A program made the position numbers and the translations under genes. Below, in pieces: positions 40,716-49,835 of a stretch of DNA of 64,000 nt. Positions within the stretch are counted from its first letter, which is position 1; each line of letters begins with the position of its first letter. Below the pieces are notes generated by a model. It had not been told where the DNA came from and searched no databases. It saw only the letters and a list, made by a program, of their open reading frames with translations. The stretch is from Candidatus Latescibacterota bacterium (lineage in GTDB: Bacteria > Latescibacterota > UBA2968 > UBA8231), in the NCBI GenBank assembly GCA_965248265.1, contig CBDFJF010000001.1, positions 320,001 through 384,000 on the forward strand. Reading direction: 5' to 3'.

Positions 40716-41791
40716 TGACGTTTCTCCTCACCCGCCGCGATCTCGACCGCGCTTTGCGCCAACCGAAAGCCGATGTGCTCGTTCGCATGGTCCTGCGGCG
40801 CGCTGTTGCGATGGATCGTCCTCACGTTGGGACGGGTCTCGGCATAAAAACCGCCCCGGATTACTCGCTCTTCGCCCGTGTCGGGTCCCTGTGGGTCCAG
40901 GTCAGGACTGTATGGGTAGTAGTTCGACTGGTAGAAGTCAGCGCACCACTCGTAGGCGTTGCCGGCCATGTCCCAGGCTCCGTATGGGCTACGGCCAAGG
41001 GGAAACTCATCGACCGGGGTTGTCGTGCCCACGAGATTGTTGGAATTACATCGTTCGCCATCGACGAAGTGATTCCCCCACGGGTAGAGGCGTCCGTCGT
41101 TGCCGCGGGCTGCCTTCTCCCATTCCGCTTCGGTCGGCAGACGTTTGCCGCGCCATCGGGCGTACTCATTCGCGTCTTCCCATGAGACGTTGACGACCGG
41201 ATGCCTCGACGTGCCCACGGGGTATGTTCCGTCGTGCCAGGCAGGCGGGGCGCGGTGTGAAGTGGCGTTCACGAACTCCTGGTAGCTGTGGTTGGTCACG
41301 GGATAGGCGTCGATGTAGTAGGGTGACATATCTAGTGTGTGAGTGGGTCGCTCGTTGTCCGGGCTGTCGCCTTCGTTGCTACCCATGACGAAGGAGCCGC
41401 CCGGAACGGCTACCATGCCCATCACGTCTTCCATCAATTCTGGTCCGCGCTCGATGGCTTCATAGGCGATGGTTTCGCGAAAGGCTCGAGTGATGCCAGA
41501 TGCCTCCGGCGCAGCGATCTGCTTGATCCTGCAACTGATCAGGTCGCTGCCGACGACGATGTCCCCATGGGCGAACAAGCGATCGTTTACTCGTACATCG
41601 TAGGATCGTCCTACGCGCTTGTTGAGCGTGATAAGGCCGCCGGGCTGCAGCTGCGCAAAAGCGTTCAGGCTCATCTGTAAGCGGCCGAGCTCGACCCTTA
41701 CTTCAAAGCGGATATCTCTGAGATGAGCCAGATTGCCGATTTCACGATCGACCATCTCTCTGGCGTCCGCTTCCGTAATCTTGCTGTTCAT
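40712..41791 (-). CDS. FliN/SPOA domain fused to a formylglycine-generating-enzyme-like (SUMF1) domain
   Basis: [12 protein letters not shown]...[22 protein letters not shown] is [46 protein letters not shown] and IGFR are FGE-like. Confidence 0.9.
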   Translation of the reverse strand: MNSKITEADAREMVDREIGNLAHLRDIRFEVRVELGRLQMSLNAFAQLQPGGLITLNKRVGRSYDVRVNDRLFAHGDIVVGSDLISCRIKQIAAPEASGITRAFRETIAYEAIERGPELMEDVMGMVAVPGGSFVMGSNEGDSPDNERPTHTLDMSPYYIDAYPVTNHSYQEFVNATSHRAPPAWHDGTYPVGTSRHPVVNVSWEDANEYARWRGKRLPTEAEWEKAARGNDGRLYPWGNHFVDGERCNSNNLVGTTTPVDEFPLGRSPYGAWDMAGNAYEWCADFYQSNYYPYSPDLDPQGPDTGEERVIRGGFYAETRPNVRTIHRNSAPQDHANEHIGFRLAQSAVEIAAGEEKRQ

Positions 41792-42093
41792 CAGACGGCC
41801 CCATCCCTTACGATTTCGGTTACGCGCACCCCGAAGTTCTCGTCTACGGTAACCACCTCTCCCCGCGCTCGGACTCTGCCGTTGAGCAGGATGTCGATCG
41901 GCTCGCCCACGGCTCGTTCAAGCTCGAACAGGGAACTGTCCCCAACCTGCAGCAGTTGATCCAGCGTACAGTTCGTTCGTCCCAGCTCGAAGGCAACGGT
42001 CACTTCCACATCGCGCGTGAAATCTTCGACCGCTGACTCCTCTTTCCGCGGGGGTTGTCTTTGCGTTGGAGTATGCTTGTCTTTGCCAGCCAT
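41791..42093 (-). CDS. fliN: Flagellar motor switch protein FliN-like
   Basis: DVEVTVAFELGRT...GEPIDILLNG...RGEVVTVDENFGVRVTEI. GGAG RBS. Confidence 0.9.
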   Translation of the reverse strand: MAGKDKHTPTQRQPPRKEESAVEDFTRDVEVTVAFELGRTNCTLDQLLQVGDSSLFELERAVGEPIDILLNGRVRARGEVVTVDENFGVRVTEIVRDGAV

Positions 42094-42128
42094 GCTGCAA
42101 TCTCCGTGTTAGTGTTGGTGCGCCGTGA

Positions 42129-43094
42129 TCACTCGTTAGCGAGTGGCTGTAGCGCCTCGGGAATCTTCCCCACGGCTTTCACGGCGATGCGTCCGTTGTC
42201 CGTGGCGAACGGTCGCACGTAGAACTTGGGCAATCCTCCCACGCGCAGGATGAGAGGTTCGGTTGTCTGCGTGTCGCAGCAGATGATATCATCGACCTGC
42301 AGGCTGTCTACGTCGGCCAGGGGCAAACGCTTGCGCGCCATCTCGACGGTGAGCGGCAGTTTCACGGGGCCCAATGCAGCGCGGCTGCGCCGAGTCGCCT
42401 CCTCCTGTTCGCGGCGCCCACGGCGCACGTGGGTCTGCTGGCCAAGGAGCGGCAGGATCGACTCCAGGGTGAGGTAGGGGTAGCAGAGGCTCACCAGTCC
42501 GGATGCAAGGGGCGAATTCACCTCGAAACCGAGCACGACGACAATCTCGGCGGCGGCGGTCGTGTCCATGAACTCCGGGTTCGTTTCCAGTTCGATATCT
42601 GAGATTTCCACCGGCAGGATCGGGTGCCAGGTGTGCTCCAGATTCTCCACCACGCGCTTGACGAACTTGGCGATCACACCCATCTCGATCTGTGACATCT
42701 GTCGCTCATCGACGCCCTCCGACGAACCCTTCCCTCCGAACACGCGGTCGACGGCGGAAAAAACGAAAGGCATGGAAAAATCGAGAATGGCCTGGCCATT
42801 CGTCGGACCGAGCATGAACTGATAGGAACAGGACGGGTTTGACAAGGAGGTGATGAAATCAGCGTAGGTTTTCTGGGCAATGAAGGCTGTGTCAACGTCG
42901 ACGACGTCACGCATGGACGCGGAAAACGTCGAACTCAGCTGCCGCGCGAAGTGGTCATGTAAATTCTCCAGGGTGCGTAACTGATCCGTGTTGACCTGGG
43001 CGGGGTGCCTGAAATCGTAGGTAGCAACGATCCCATGCGATTCAGTTTCTGTCGGTGTACCATCGGTCACTGCTGTATTTGGAGTGTCACTCAT
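42129..43094 (-). CDS. fliM: Flagellar motor switch protein FliM-like, lacking the N-terminal CheY-binding peptide
   Basis: YDFRHP...LRTLENLHDHFAR, VDRVFGGKG, ETNPEF, LCYPYLTLE, C-terminal SPOA domain. Confidence 0.9.
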   Translation of the reverse strand: MSDTPNTAVTDGTPTETESHGIVATYDFRHPAQVNTDQLRTLENLHDHFARQLSSTFSASMRDVVDVDTAFIAQKTYADFITSLSNPSCSYQFMLGPTNGQAILDFSMPFVFSAVDRVFGGKGSSEGVDERQMSQIEMGVIAKFVKRVVENLEHTWHPILPVEISDIELETNPEFMDTTAAAEIVVVLGFEVNSPLASGLVSLCYPYLTLESILPLLGQQTHVRRGRREQEEATRRSRAALGPVKLPLTVEMARKRLPLADVDSLQVDDIICCDTQTTEPLILRVGGLPKFYVRPFATDNGRIAVKAVGKIPEALQPLANE

Positions 43095-44646
43095 GCCTTG
43101 CTCCTCCTGGCGTGGTTTCTGCAGCCGTCCTGTGCAAGTCCGCAGGGTCAACCTCGTTGCGCAACACCCGGTACAACCGGTTTCGGCTCGTTCCCAGCTG
43201 ACGCGCCGCCTTCGTCACGTTGCCATCGCTCTGCTGCATGGCCACGCCTACCACCCACTTCTCCGCGCACCGCACAGCCCGATCCAGGTCCAGCGGCAAG
43301 TCGGGAGCCCCCGGACTCCTGTCACCTGAATCTCCACCTTCGCCGTCCGTCGTCGCTCGCGGAACGCGCAAGAAGTGCAAGTGATGCGGCAGTACTTCAA
43401 CGCCCCCACTCTCGATCAAGGCGCGCTCCATGAGGTTTTTCAGCTCGCGCACGTTTCCCGGAAACCGATATCGTTGCAGAATTTCCACCGCATCCAAGCT
43501 GAGATCCGGTACCTCGCGCCCCATCTCTTCCGCGAACAGCTTGAGGAAGTGGCGCGCCAGAATCGGAATGTCCTCCGTGCGCTCTCGCAGCGGCGGTGAG
43601 GTGACCGTGAACCGCGCCAGCCGGTAGTACAGATCCTGCCGAAAGCTCTTCGCCTGGAGCCGCTGTTGCAGCTCGACGTTTGTCGCCGCCAGCACCCGCA
43701 CCGCCACCTTCTTCCCCTCGGTTGCTCCGATTCGCCACACAACGCCGTCCTCCAGAACCCGCAGTAGCTTGCTCTGCAGCTCCAGTGGCATGTCGGCGAT
43801 TTCGTCCAGAAACAGCGTGCCGCCGTCGGCGATCTCGAAGAATCCGAGCCGGTCGTCACTGGCACCTGTGAATGATCCCCGGTTATGTCCGAACAGGGCC
43901 GATTCGACAAGGTCCGCCGGAATGGCCGCGCAGTTTACGGGCACGAAGGGCCCATCCTGCCTTGCCCCACCGAAGTGGATGGCCCGTGCGATCAGCTCCT
44001 TGCCGGTTCCACTCTCACCAGTGATCAGCACCGAGGTCATCGGGCTGTCCTGCATCAGATGGATCTCTTTGAAGATTCTCTGGATGGTAGCGCTCTGTCC
44101 TACGAAATCCTCCAACCCCCAGCGTACAGCTTCGCGCTCGGAAATCATCGATAGACGTCCCTTGAGCGCCTTCCGCTGGACGATCTCAAGCTCCAGCTCT
44201 CGATTGGTCTCTGCGAGTGCCGCATTCTTCCTCTGCAGTTCCGTCGCCAGCCGGCTCAGTCGCACGTGCGTTTCGACTCGAGAGAGAACCTCCTCTTCCT
44301 GGAATGGCTTGGTGATGTAGTCGACCCCACCGGCCCTGAAACCGGCAATGACATCCTCTTTTCGGTCTCGGCCGGTCAGGAAGATGACGGGAATCCCGGC
44401 GGTCTCTTCAGTTTGCTTGAGCCGTCTGCACACTTCGTATCCATCCATCTCGGGCATGACCACATCCAGCAGTACGATGTCCGGCTGGCCCCGTACCGCT
44501 ATATGGAGAGCATTCTGTCCTCTGGTTGCTACCATTACGCTATTATTCGCTGCCTCGAGAAGCTCGAGGAGGACTTTGAGGTTCGTCGGATTGTCATCGA
44601 CAATGAGGATTCTCGCTCCCCGCGGAGTGGATTGTGGCTCAACCAT
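43087..44646 (-). CDS. NtrC-family sigma-54-dependent response regulator (REC, coiled coil, AAA+, Fis HTH)
   Basis: ILIVDD..LLDVVMP, GESGTGKE, GSFTGA, LFLDEI, FRQDLYYRL, PGNVRELKN, NVTKAARQLGTSR. GGAGGA RBS before ATG 44646. Confidence 0.94.
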   Translation of the reverse strand: MVEPQSTPRGARILIVDDNPTNLKVLLELLEAANNSVMVATRGQNALHIAVRGQPDIVLLDVVMPEMDGYEVCRRLKQTEETAGIPVIFLTGRDRKEDVIAGFRAGGVDYITKPFQEEEVLSRVETHVRLSRLATELQRKNAALAETNRELELEIVQRKALKGRLSMISEREAVRWGLEDFVGQSATIQRIFKEIHLMQDSPMTSVLITGESGTGKELIARAIHFGGARQDGPFVPVNCAAIPADLVESALFGHNRGSFTGASDDRLGFFEIADGGTLFLDEIADMPLELQSKLLRVLEDGVVWRIGATEGKKVAVRVLAATNVELQQRLQAKSFRQDLYYRLARFTVTSPPLRERTEDIPILARHFLKLFAEEMGREVPDLSLDAVEILQRYRFPGNVRELKNLMERALIESGGVEVLPHHLHFLRVPRATTDGEGGDSGDRSPGAPDLPLDLDRAVRCAEKWVVGVAMQQSDGNVTKAARQLGTSRNRLYRVLRNEVDPADLHRTAAETTPGGARHE

Positions 44647-44659
44647 CTTTATCCTCCAA

Positions 44660-44675
44660 TGCAATGCCTGTACCA
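44660..44675 (-). promoter_or_regulatory. Candidate sigma-54 -24/-12 promoter TGGTACAGGCATTGCA
   Basis: Correct GG-N10-GC spacing and near-consensus sequence. Caveat: the predicted start site falls only a few nt before the ATG. Confidence 0.55.
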
Positions 44676-44774
44676 ACTCGACTGGATGCTGGCTTTATAT
44701 ATTGTATTTAATTGAGTTATGACATTTTAAAAGGAGTTCGTATGCCCACTGGAATCGTACCGAATTCGTAGCAG

Positions 44775-44816
44775 TGTAACAAAATCAGTACAGATGACTG
44801 TCACGCAATCGGAACA
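44775..44816. promoter_or_regulatory. Tandem TGT-N12-ACA boxes (candidate enhancer/UAS for a sigma-54 activator)
   Basis: TGTAACAAAATCAGTACA (44775-44792) and TGTCACGCAATCGGAACA (44799-44816) are 13/18 identical and 24 bp apart. Confidence 0.6.
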
Positions 44817-44983
44817 AGGATTGGGGAGGTTAGCTCAAGCGCAAGCTATGGGCAAGGGCGTGCGGCGATCCCGGATAAGGAAGGAGGCCGCATAAGGTTG
44901 CATCGCGTTTGTGGTGCTTTTTACTGTCCGTCCGCAGTCGCTGTCTTCCTCAGGGCAATGGACCGATTTATCGCAGCGCTTCG

Positions 44984-45228
44984 TTTGTTGCCCTTCGTAA
45001 CGAACCCTCTAACCCTTCCTCACGGGCAGGGTGTTTCTCGTCACAAACCGGGAGACTTCCAAAGTACAACGCCGGAAGCGACTGGCGTTCGATAGACGAC
45101 ACGCATGCAGGTGGGGCTGGCAAGATACCGTGGAATGGCAAGGGTCGGAACGGGAAGCGACGGGATATATATTTACCGCTTGCGCTTGGAACCAGGTGGC
45201 TTCCAGGAAACTACTGCTCCTAAAGTGA
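44984..45228 (+). pseudogene. Degraded remnant of a FlgD-Ig/T9SS-A C-terminal sorting domain
   Basis: Fragments in three frames: RNEPSNPSS..., WNGKGRNG, GIYIYRL, VASRKLLLLK*. Confidence 0.6.
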
Positions 45229-45352
45229 TAGGCGAGCATCAGATTGAGACAACGTGGGCTTGTAACAATACACAGCGTGCTGCCGTCGCGAGAACCCTGG
45301 CGGCAGAGGCAAAGGTCTTTGACTGGCTTTCGATAAACGGAAGGTGACTCAG

Positions 45353-46225
45353 ATGCGCGACAAACGGCAAAACCCCTACGACGACCTCTGCGGCGGTCGC
45401 TGGCTGCGCGGGAATCTCCATAACCACCCTCGACCACTCGATAATCCCTCGTCGATTTGTACTCGCTATGCTCAGTTCGGGTATGGCTTCCTCGCTCTGA
45501 CCGAGCATGACCGCACCTGGACCCACGGAGAGATCGTCGAGTGGGACCGCTGCGGGATGGTGCTGTTGCCCGGGAACGAGGTGAGCAAGAATGGGTGCCA
45601 CATCCTCCACGTTGGAGCTAACTGCCATGTGGACCCGCTCGAGGATCGCCAAACCGTCATCGACCAGATCAACGCTGACGGCGGCTTTGCTGTACTGAAC
45701 CACCCCAACGGCGGCGTCCGCCATAGCCACAACCCTATTGAGCAGTTGGAGGCCCTGCAAGGATACCTTGGGATCGAGATCTACAACGCGGGTGGTATCA
45801 AGGGCAAGGGGTCACCGCTGGCCACGGACAAGTGGGACATGCTGCTCACCGCCGGCCGTCGCGTGTGGGGCTTTGCCAGCGACGATTACCACAGACCGGC
45901 GGACGCCGGCCGTGCCTGGATCGTCGGGTACGCCCGCGATCGCACTGTCGACGGGGTCATGGAGATGCTGCGGGCTGGACGCTTCTACTGCTCTACCGGG
46001 GTGACCATTGACGAAATCGAAGTGGACGGTCATTACATCCGTGTGCGAGCCACCAACGCCGGTCGCATCGCCGCCTGGCGCGAGGGCAGTGTGGGCGTTG
46101 CCGTCACCGATGGCAGCTCGCTGGAAGTCCACGTCCCGGACACGGCGTTGTACGTCCGTTTCGAGTGCTACGGCGACGCGGGACGCAGTGCCTGGACGCA
46201 GCCGATTTTCTTCGGCGAGGCGTGA
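45353..46225 (+). CDS. PHP-domain metallohydrolase (CehA/McbA-like)
   Basis: GNLHNH, LTEHD, GNE, LNHP, IEIYN, ASDDYH. Confidence 0.85.
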   Translation: MRDKRQNPYDDLCGGRWLRGNLHNHPRPLDNPSSICTRYAQFGYGFLALTEHDRTWTHGEIVEWDRCGMVLLPGNEVSKNGCHILHVGANCHVDPLEDRQTVIDQINADGGFAVLNHPNGGVRHSHNPIEQLEALQGYLGIEIYNAGGIKGKGSPLATDKWDMLLTAGRRVWGFASDDYHRPADAGRAWIVGYARDRTVDGVMEMLRAGRFYCSTGVTIDEIEVDGHYIRVRATNAGRIAAWREGSVGVAVTDGSSLEVHVPDTALYVRFECYGDAGRSAWTQPIFFGEA

Positions 46226-46559
46226 GCCACGGTCACTTCGGATACACGGGCAAGGGCTACGAACGTCACACTGAGCATCCGTTACCTCCTCCAACGTGGG
46301 TCGGTGATGGTTTGTTGGTTACAGCTGCAATGAGTGTTGACTGGTGTCCGCCCAACGCTCTCGCCGATAAACCACCACTGGCTTCCCGGCATCCACAGCA
46401 GAAGGTCGACTCCTTTTAACGAGGGTTATCGTGTGTCCAACTCGCTTGGTGGCGGTAGAATCATGATATTTCTCCCCACAGGAAACGTTATGGGAAAGCG
46501 TTTTAACAAACCAAAGTACGTGACGACGTTGCTTGCTTGTTTCGGGAAATTGATAGCTC

Positions 46560-46910
46560 ATGGCCTCCACACCGAATCACCATAGGGCGATCAACACGAT
46601 AGTGCTCGCACTACTTGCTACAGGTGCTGGAAGTCTGCTTAATGCCTTCCTCCATCGGATCGAAACTGAAGATACCCTCCCCATTTGGCTCTCACTCGCG
46701 CCTGTATATCCGCTTCTCGTTGTTTCGCTGCACTTGGGCGTCCGAGCAAAGTTCCACCGCCCCAAGTTCTTTCATAAGGACACACCAGAGCGATTTGTGG
46801 TCCTTCACTCAGCGATCATGGCAGCCATCGGCGTGGCCGACAGACTCGAAGGAGCCCCCTCGAGGAACGCCGTGGAGGTAGGATCGCGCAATCAAGAAGG
46901 CCTTCCATGA
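46560..46910 (+). CDS. Small hypothetical membrane protein, possibly truncated
   Basis: Two to three hydrophobic segments. Its end overlaps the next gene's start. Confidence 0.35.
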   Translation: MASTPNHHRAINTIVLALLATGAGSLLNAFLHRIETEDTLPIWLSLAPVYPLLVVSLHLGVRAKFHRPKFFHKDTPERFVVLHSAIMAAIGVADRLEGAPSRNAVEVGSRNQEGLP

Positions 46911-48145
46911 AGATCACGGACATCGAGCTGTTTCCGATACATCCTCCGCTGGCCAAGCGGTATCGCCACATCCCGAGCCGCAACGGATGCGAGTTCCGGA
47001 TCGCGGCCAAGGTCACAACCGACGCCGGCATCACCGGGTACGGCGACTACGACGGACCTCCGGGGAGGCACTTCTCCCCTGAATTACTCGATCCCCTCAT
47101 CGACACGGACCCCTTCGACTACATCGGGTCCGACGCACACCCGGCCGTCATCATGGCCCTCTACGACATCATGGGCAAGTACCTGGAGGTGCCGGCGTAC
47201 AAGCTGGTCGGCCAAAAGGTGAGGGACAGCATCTCCTGCGCGGCCTGGTGCTGGGGGGGGCCGACGAAGGAGGAGCTGGCGACGGACGTCCAGCGGGCGG
47301 CGGACGAAGGGTACATGATTTTCAAGATCCACACCGCTGCGATCCAGGACGTCTTCGAGAGAGTCCGGGTGTTCGAAGAGGTCGCCCCGCCGGGCTTCAA
47401 GGTCCACCTCGACTTCACGGGGCGCCGCGGCCGTTCCCTGGGCGCGGTGCTGCCCATCGTCGCCCGGCTGGAGCGCGAGCACCCGATCGTCGGCTGGATA
47501 GAGGACCCCTTCGACCGCACGGATATCGAGAGCTGGCGCGTCCTGCGCAGCCGGACGCAGCTGCCGATCGTCCACGGCGGGGCGGCCGTCCTCGGCGGCG
47601 CACTGGAAGCCCTGATGGGGATGGCGGACGTCTACATGATGTATCCGCCCATCGGCAGCCTGATCGCGATGACGACGGCGATGGGCCGCCTCAACATGCA
47701 GGTCCTCTTCCAGATGTGCGGCGGGACCCTCGCCAAGTCGATGGCCATGCACATCGCCTGCACCATGCCGACGGCTACCGGTCACTCCGTCCACCTGGAC
47801 GACCAGCTCGACGCCGAGGACGACATCACCCACAAGCGGTTCGAGGTGGTCGAGGGGTTCTCGCGGGTGTCGGAGGAGCCGGGCCTCGGCTTCGACGTCG
47901 ACGAGGAGCTTCTGTACAGATACCGCGACAACGTGCCCAGGGAGATCGCACCCTTCGTCGGTGTCGTCCGGTTCAGCGGCGGCCGCATCCTCCACAGCCA
48001 CGGGCAACCCGACCTGCCGCGCATCATGGGCCGGGAGGAGGGCACGGTGGAGGGCTACAGCTACGAGCAGTGGTTCGACGACGGCTCCGAGGAGTGGGCG
48101 AAGGCGTACGAGCGGACGGGGAAGGAGGGCTGGTACGTCGAGTAA
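46907..48145 (+). CDS. Mandelate racemase/muconate lactonizing enzyme (enolase superfamily) protein
   Basis: MKITDIE, TTDAGITGYGD, MALYDIMGK..VPAYKLVG, HLDF, WIEDP, PGLGFDVD. Confidence 0.88.
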   Translation: MKITDIELFPIHPPLAKRYRHIPSRNGCEFRIAAKVTTDAGITGYGDYDGPPGRHFSPELLDPLIDTDPFDYIGSDAHPAVIMALYDIMGKYLEVPAYKLVGQKVRDSISCAAWCWGGPTKEELATDVQRAADEGYMIFKIHTAAIQDVFERVRVFEEVAPPGFKVHLDFTGRRGRSLGAVLPIVARLEREHPIVGWIEDPFDRTDIESWRVLRSRTQLPIVHGGAAVLGGALEALMGMADVYMMYPPIGSLIAMTTAMGRLNMQVLFQMCGGTLAKSMAMHIACTMPTATGHSVHLDDQLDAEDDITHKRFEVVEGFSRVSEEPGLGFDVDEELLYRYRDNVPREIAPFVGVVRFSGGRILHSHGQPDLPRIMGREEGTVEGYSYEQWFDDGSEEWAKAYERTGKEGWYVE

Positions 48146-48186
48146 GATCGATTCCGATTCATCGCGAGGGGGGGGGGAGGGAATCC

Positions 48187-48576
48187 ATGGCGGACAGGCA
48201 GTACCGCATCGAACACCTCACGCGGCGCGAGTTCCGCGAAGCCCATGACGCCGGCCACTTCAACGCCGCCATCGTCGCCACCGGCGCTGTCGAGCAGCAC
48301 CTGGAGCATCTGGCCATGGGCCACGACATCCACAGCAGCACCCGCATCGGGGAGATGGTGGCGGAGGGGCTCTACCCCGACGTGCTGCTGGCGGTGCCCA
48401 TCAACGTCGGCATCTCCGAGCACCACATGTTCGCTTCGGGCACCCTCACTGTGAAGCCGTCGACCTGGCTCGCCGCCGTCTTCGACACCGTCGAGACCCT
48501 GCAGCGGCACGGCATTCGCAAGGTGCTGATCCTCAACGCCCACGGCGGCAACCGCCTTCCTGGCAGTTGTCCTTAG
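48187..48576 (+). pseudogene. Creatininase family protein, 3'-truncated
   Basis: GAVEQH..HL...D, GISEHH..GT and NAHGGN, then unrelated sequence and a stop. About half the normal length. Confidence 0.82.
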
Positions 48577-48682
48577 CGTTGCCCGTTTTCTTCCATCTTC
48601 CCCTTGGTTCGAGTATGTTCCTGTTGCAGAACGTTAAGGTGTCTGCAAGCGGACTATGAATCCACAAGTGAGGAGGCGGCAG

Positions 48683-49237
48683 ATGAGACGCGTTTTCTGT
48701 CTTGTCGCTACCATGTGCGTTATCTCTTGCCACGGTGAGAATCCCGAGAGCGTACTCACTGTTGTTCAACACCACGAGCCGGATCGAGTCGTGGATACAA
48801 AGCTGGGCACCTTGACGTTTGCCGATCAATCTTGGGGCGTCCAACAGCACGTTGAGGACGATGGGCAGCCCTTGGAGATGTTCTACCGAGCCGAAGTGTC
48901 TTTTGAGCTTGCCGAGGAGGCGGAGGGACTTGAGGTGTGGGTTCCCTATAAGATCCATATGACTTATTCATCAAAGACGGCTCAGGAGGAAGGTATGTCT
49001 GCAACCAAGGGCTTCCATCCCCCGAGGGTGATCCTTACCCCCGATGCTGCTCCATGGACGGAAGCAAGAGCGACGATAGATTTTGCGAGGCCGGTTCATG
49101 ATCCTTTGGCGTACGCTAGGATGCTTGATTCTCTCTCGATCAACCGCGACCCCCTTTTGCTCCCAGCGGGTACGATGAAGCGAGCCTACGATTCTTTTCA
49201 AGAGACGTTCCAGCTCCATCTCCTCCGTCTGCAATGA
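48683..49237 (+). CDS. Hypothetical lipoprotein
   Basis: AGGAGG RBS and MRRVFCLVATMCVIS-C lipobox-like signal. Confidence 0.6.
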   Translation: MRRVFCLVATMCVISCHGENPESVLTVVQHHEPDRVVDTKLGTLTFADQSWGVQQHVEDDGQPLEMFYRAEVSFELAEEAEGLEVWVPYKIHMTYSSKTAQEEGMSATKGFHPPRVILTPDAAPWTEARATIDFARPVHDPLAYARMLDSLSINRDPLLLPAGTMKRAYDSFQETFQLHLLRLQ

Positions 49238-49835
49238 ACCGCTGCACGCAATCGTCCCTCGGGTAAATGCCCTGCGCATTGCCGTACAGCAGGATCTCCT
49301 CACACCGCTGGACATCGGCCTCCGGGCCTCCGGTGACCAAGCCGTACCCGCTGGCGTGCTATGCTCCTCATTAAGGGACATCCTGGCACTGCCATACTAT
49401 CTCCTTTCAGTTATCACGCCTCTGCGGTAAACTCGTTCTAACCGGCAATTATCGGGAGTCTCCGCATTTCAGATTTCTATGGCAGCGCTCGAAACCTTGG
49501 GGCGTTTCTCTCAGTCTCAGCGTGAACACCGGTAATCGTCCTCATTATCCGTGGGGCACGACCCACGCCAGAGCACTACGCTCAGCTGCTCACCTCGATA
49601 CCTGCTGTCGGGCTGAGTAGGCGACTGTGGACGAGCTTCCCGAGCCCAATATATGGCGTAGTCATGGATGGATGGCACGATAGGTTGTGTGATCCTCCAG
49701 AGGTCTGTCCAAGGTCATCCTTGTCGGGATGAACGAGCTTGATGGAACAGTCACATCGGCGGTCACGTTGTGGGCCTGCCTACACGTTACCGGATCCTGA
49801 GGAGGAAGTACTCACCAGACAGCGAGGACCGAGGG

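Noticed and set aside
40712-41450. FGE/C-type-lectin domain as a diversity-generating retroelement target
   Set aside because: No reverse transcriptase and no template repeat of its 3' end were seen in the window.
37620-43094. Ordinary flagellar or T3SS gene cluster
   Set aside because: No fliF, fliH/I, fliL, fliOPQR, motAB or secretin nearby. FliG lacks its torque domain and two components are fused to non-flagellar domains.
47248-48186. 442-aa ORF 47248-48576 as one protein
   Set aside because: The first ~310 codons are a shadow frame over the enolase-family gene. Only the part from ATG 48187 (with RBS) is creatininase-like.
49240-49400. Minus-strand AAAGGAG-ATG and an 'EEILLYGNAQGIY' fragment resembling an amidohydrolase end
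   Set aside because: Too short and split across frames to assign; possibly a remnant.
49673-49688. TGGCACGATAGGTTGT as a sigma-54 promoter
   Set aside because: The -24 box is perfect but the -12 element is off by one base and lacks GC.
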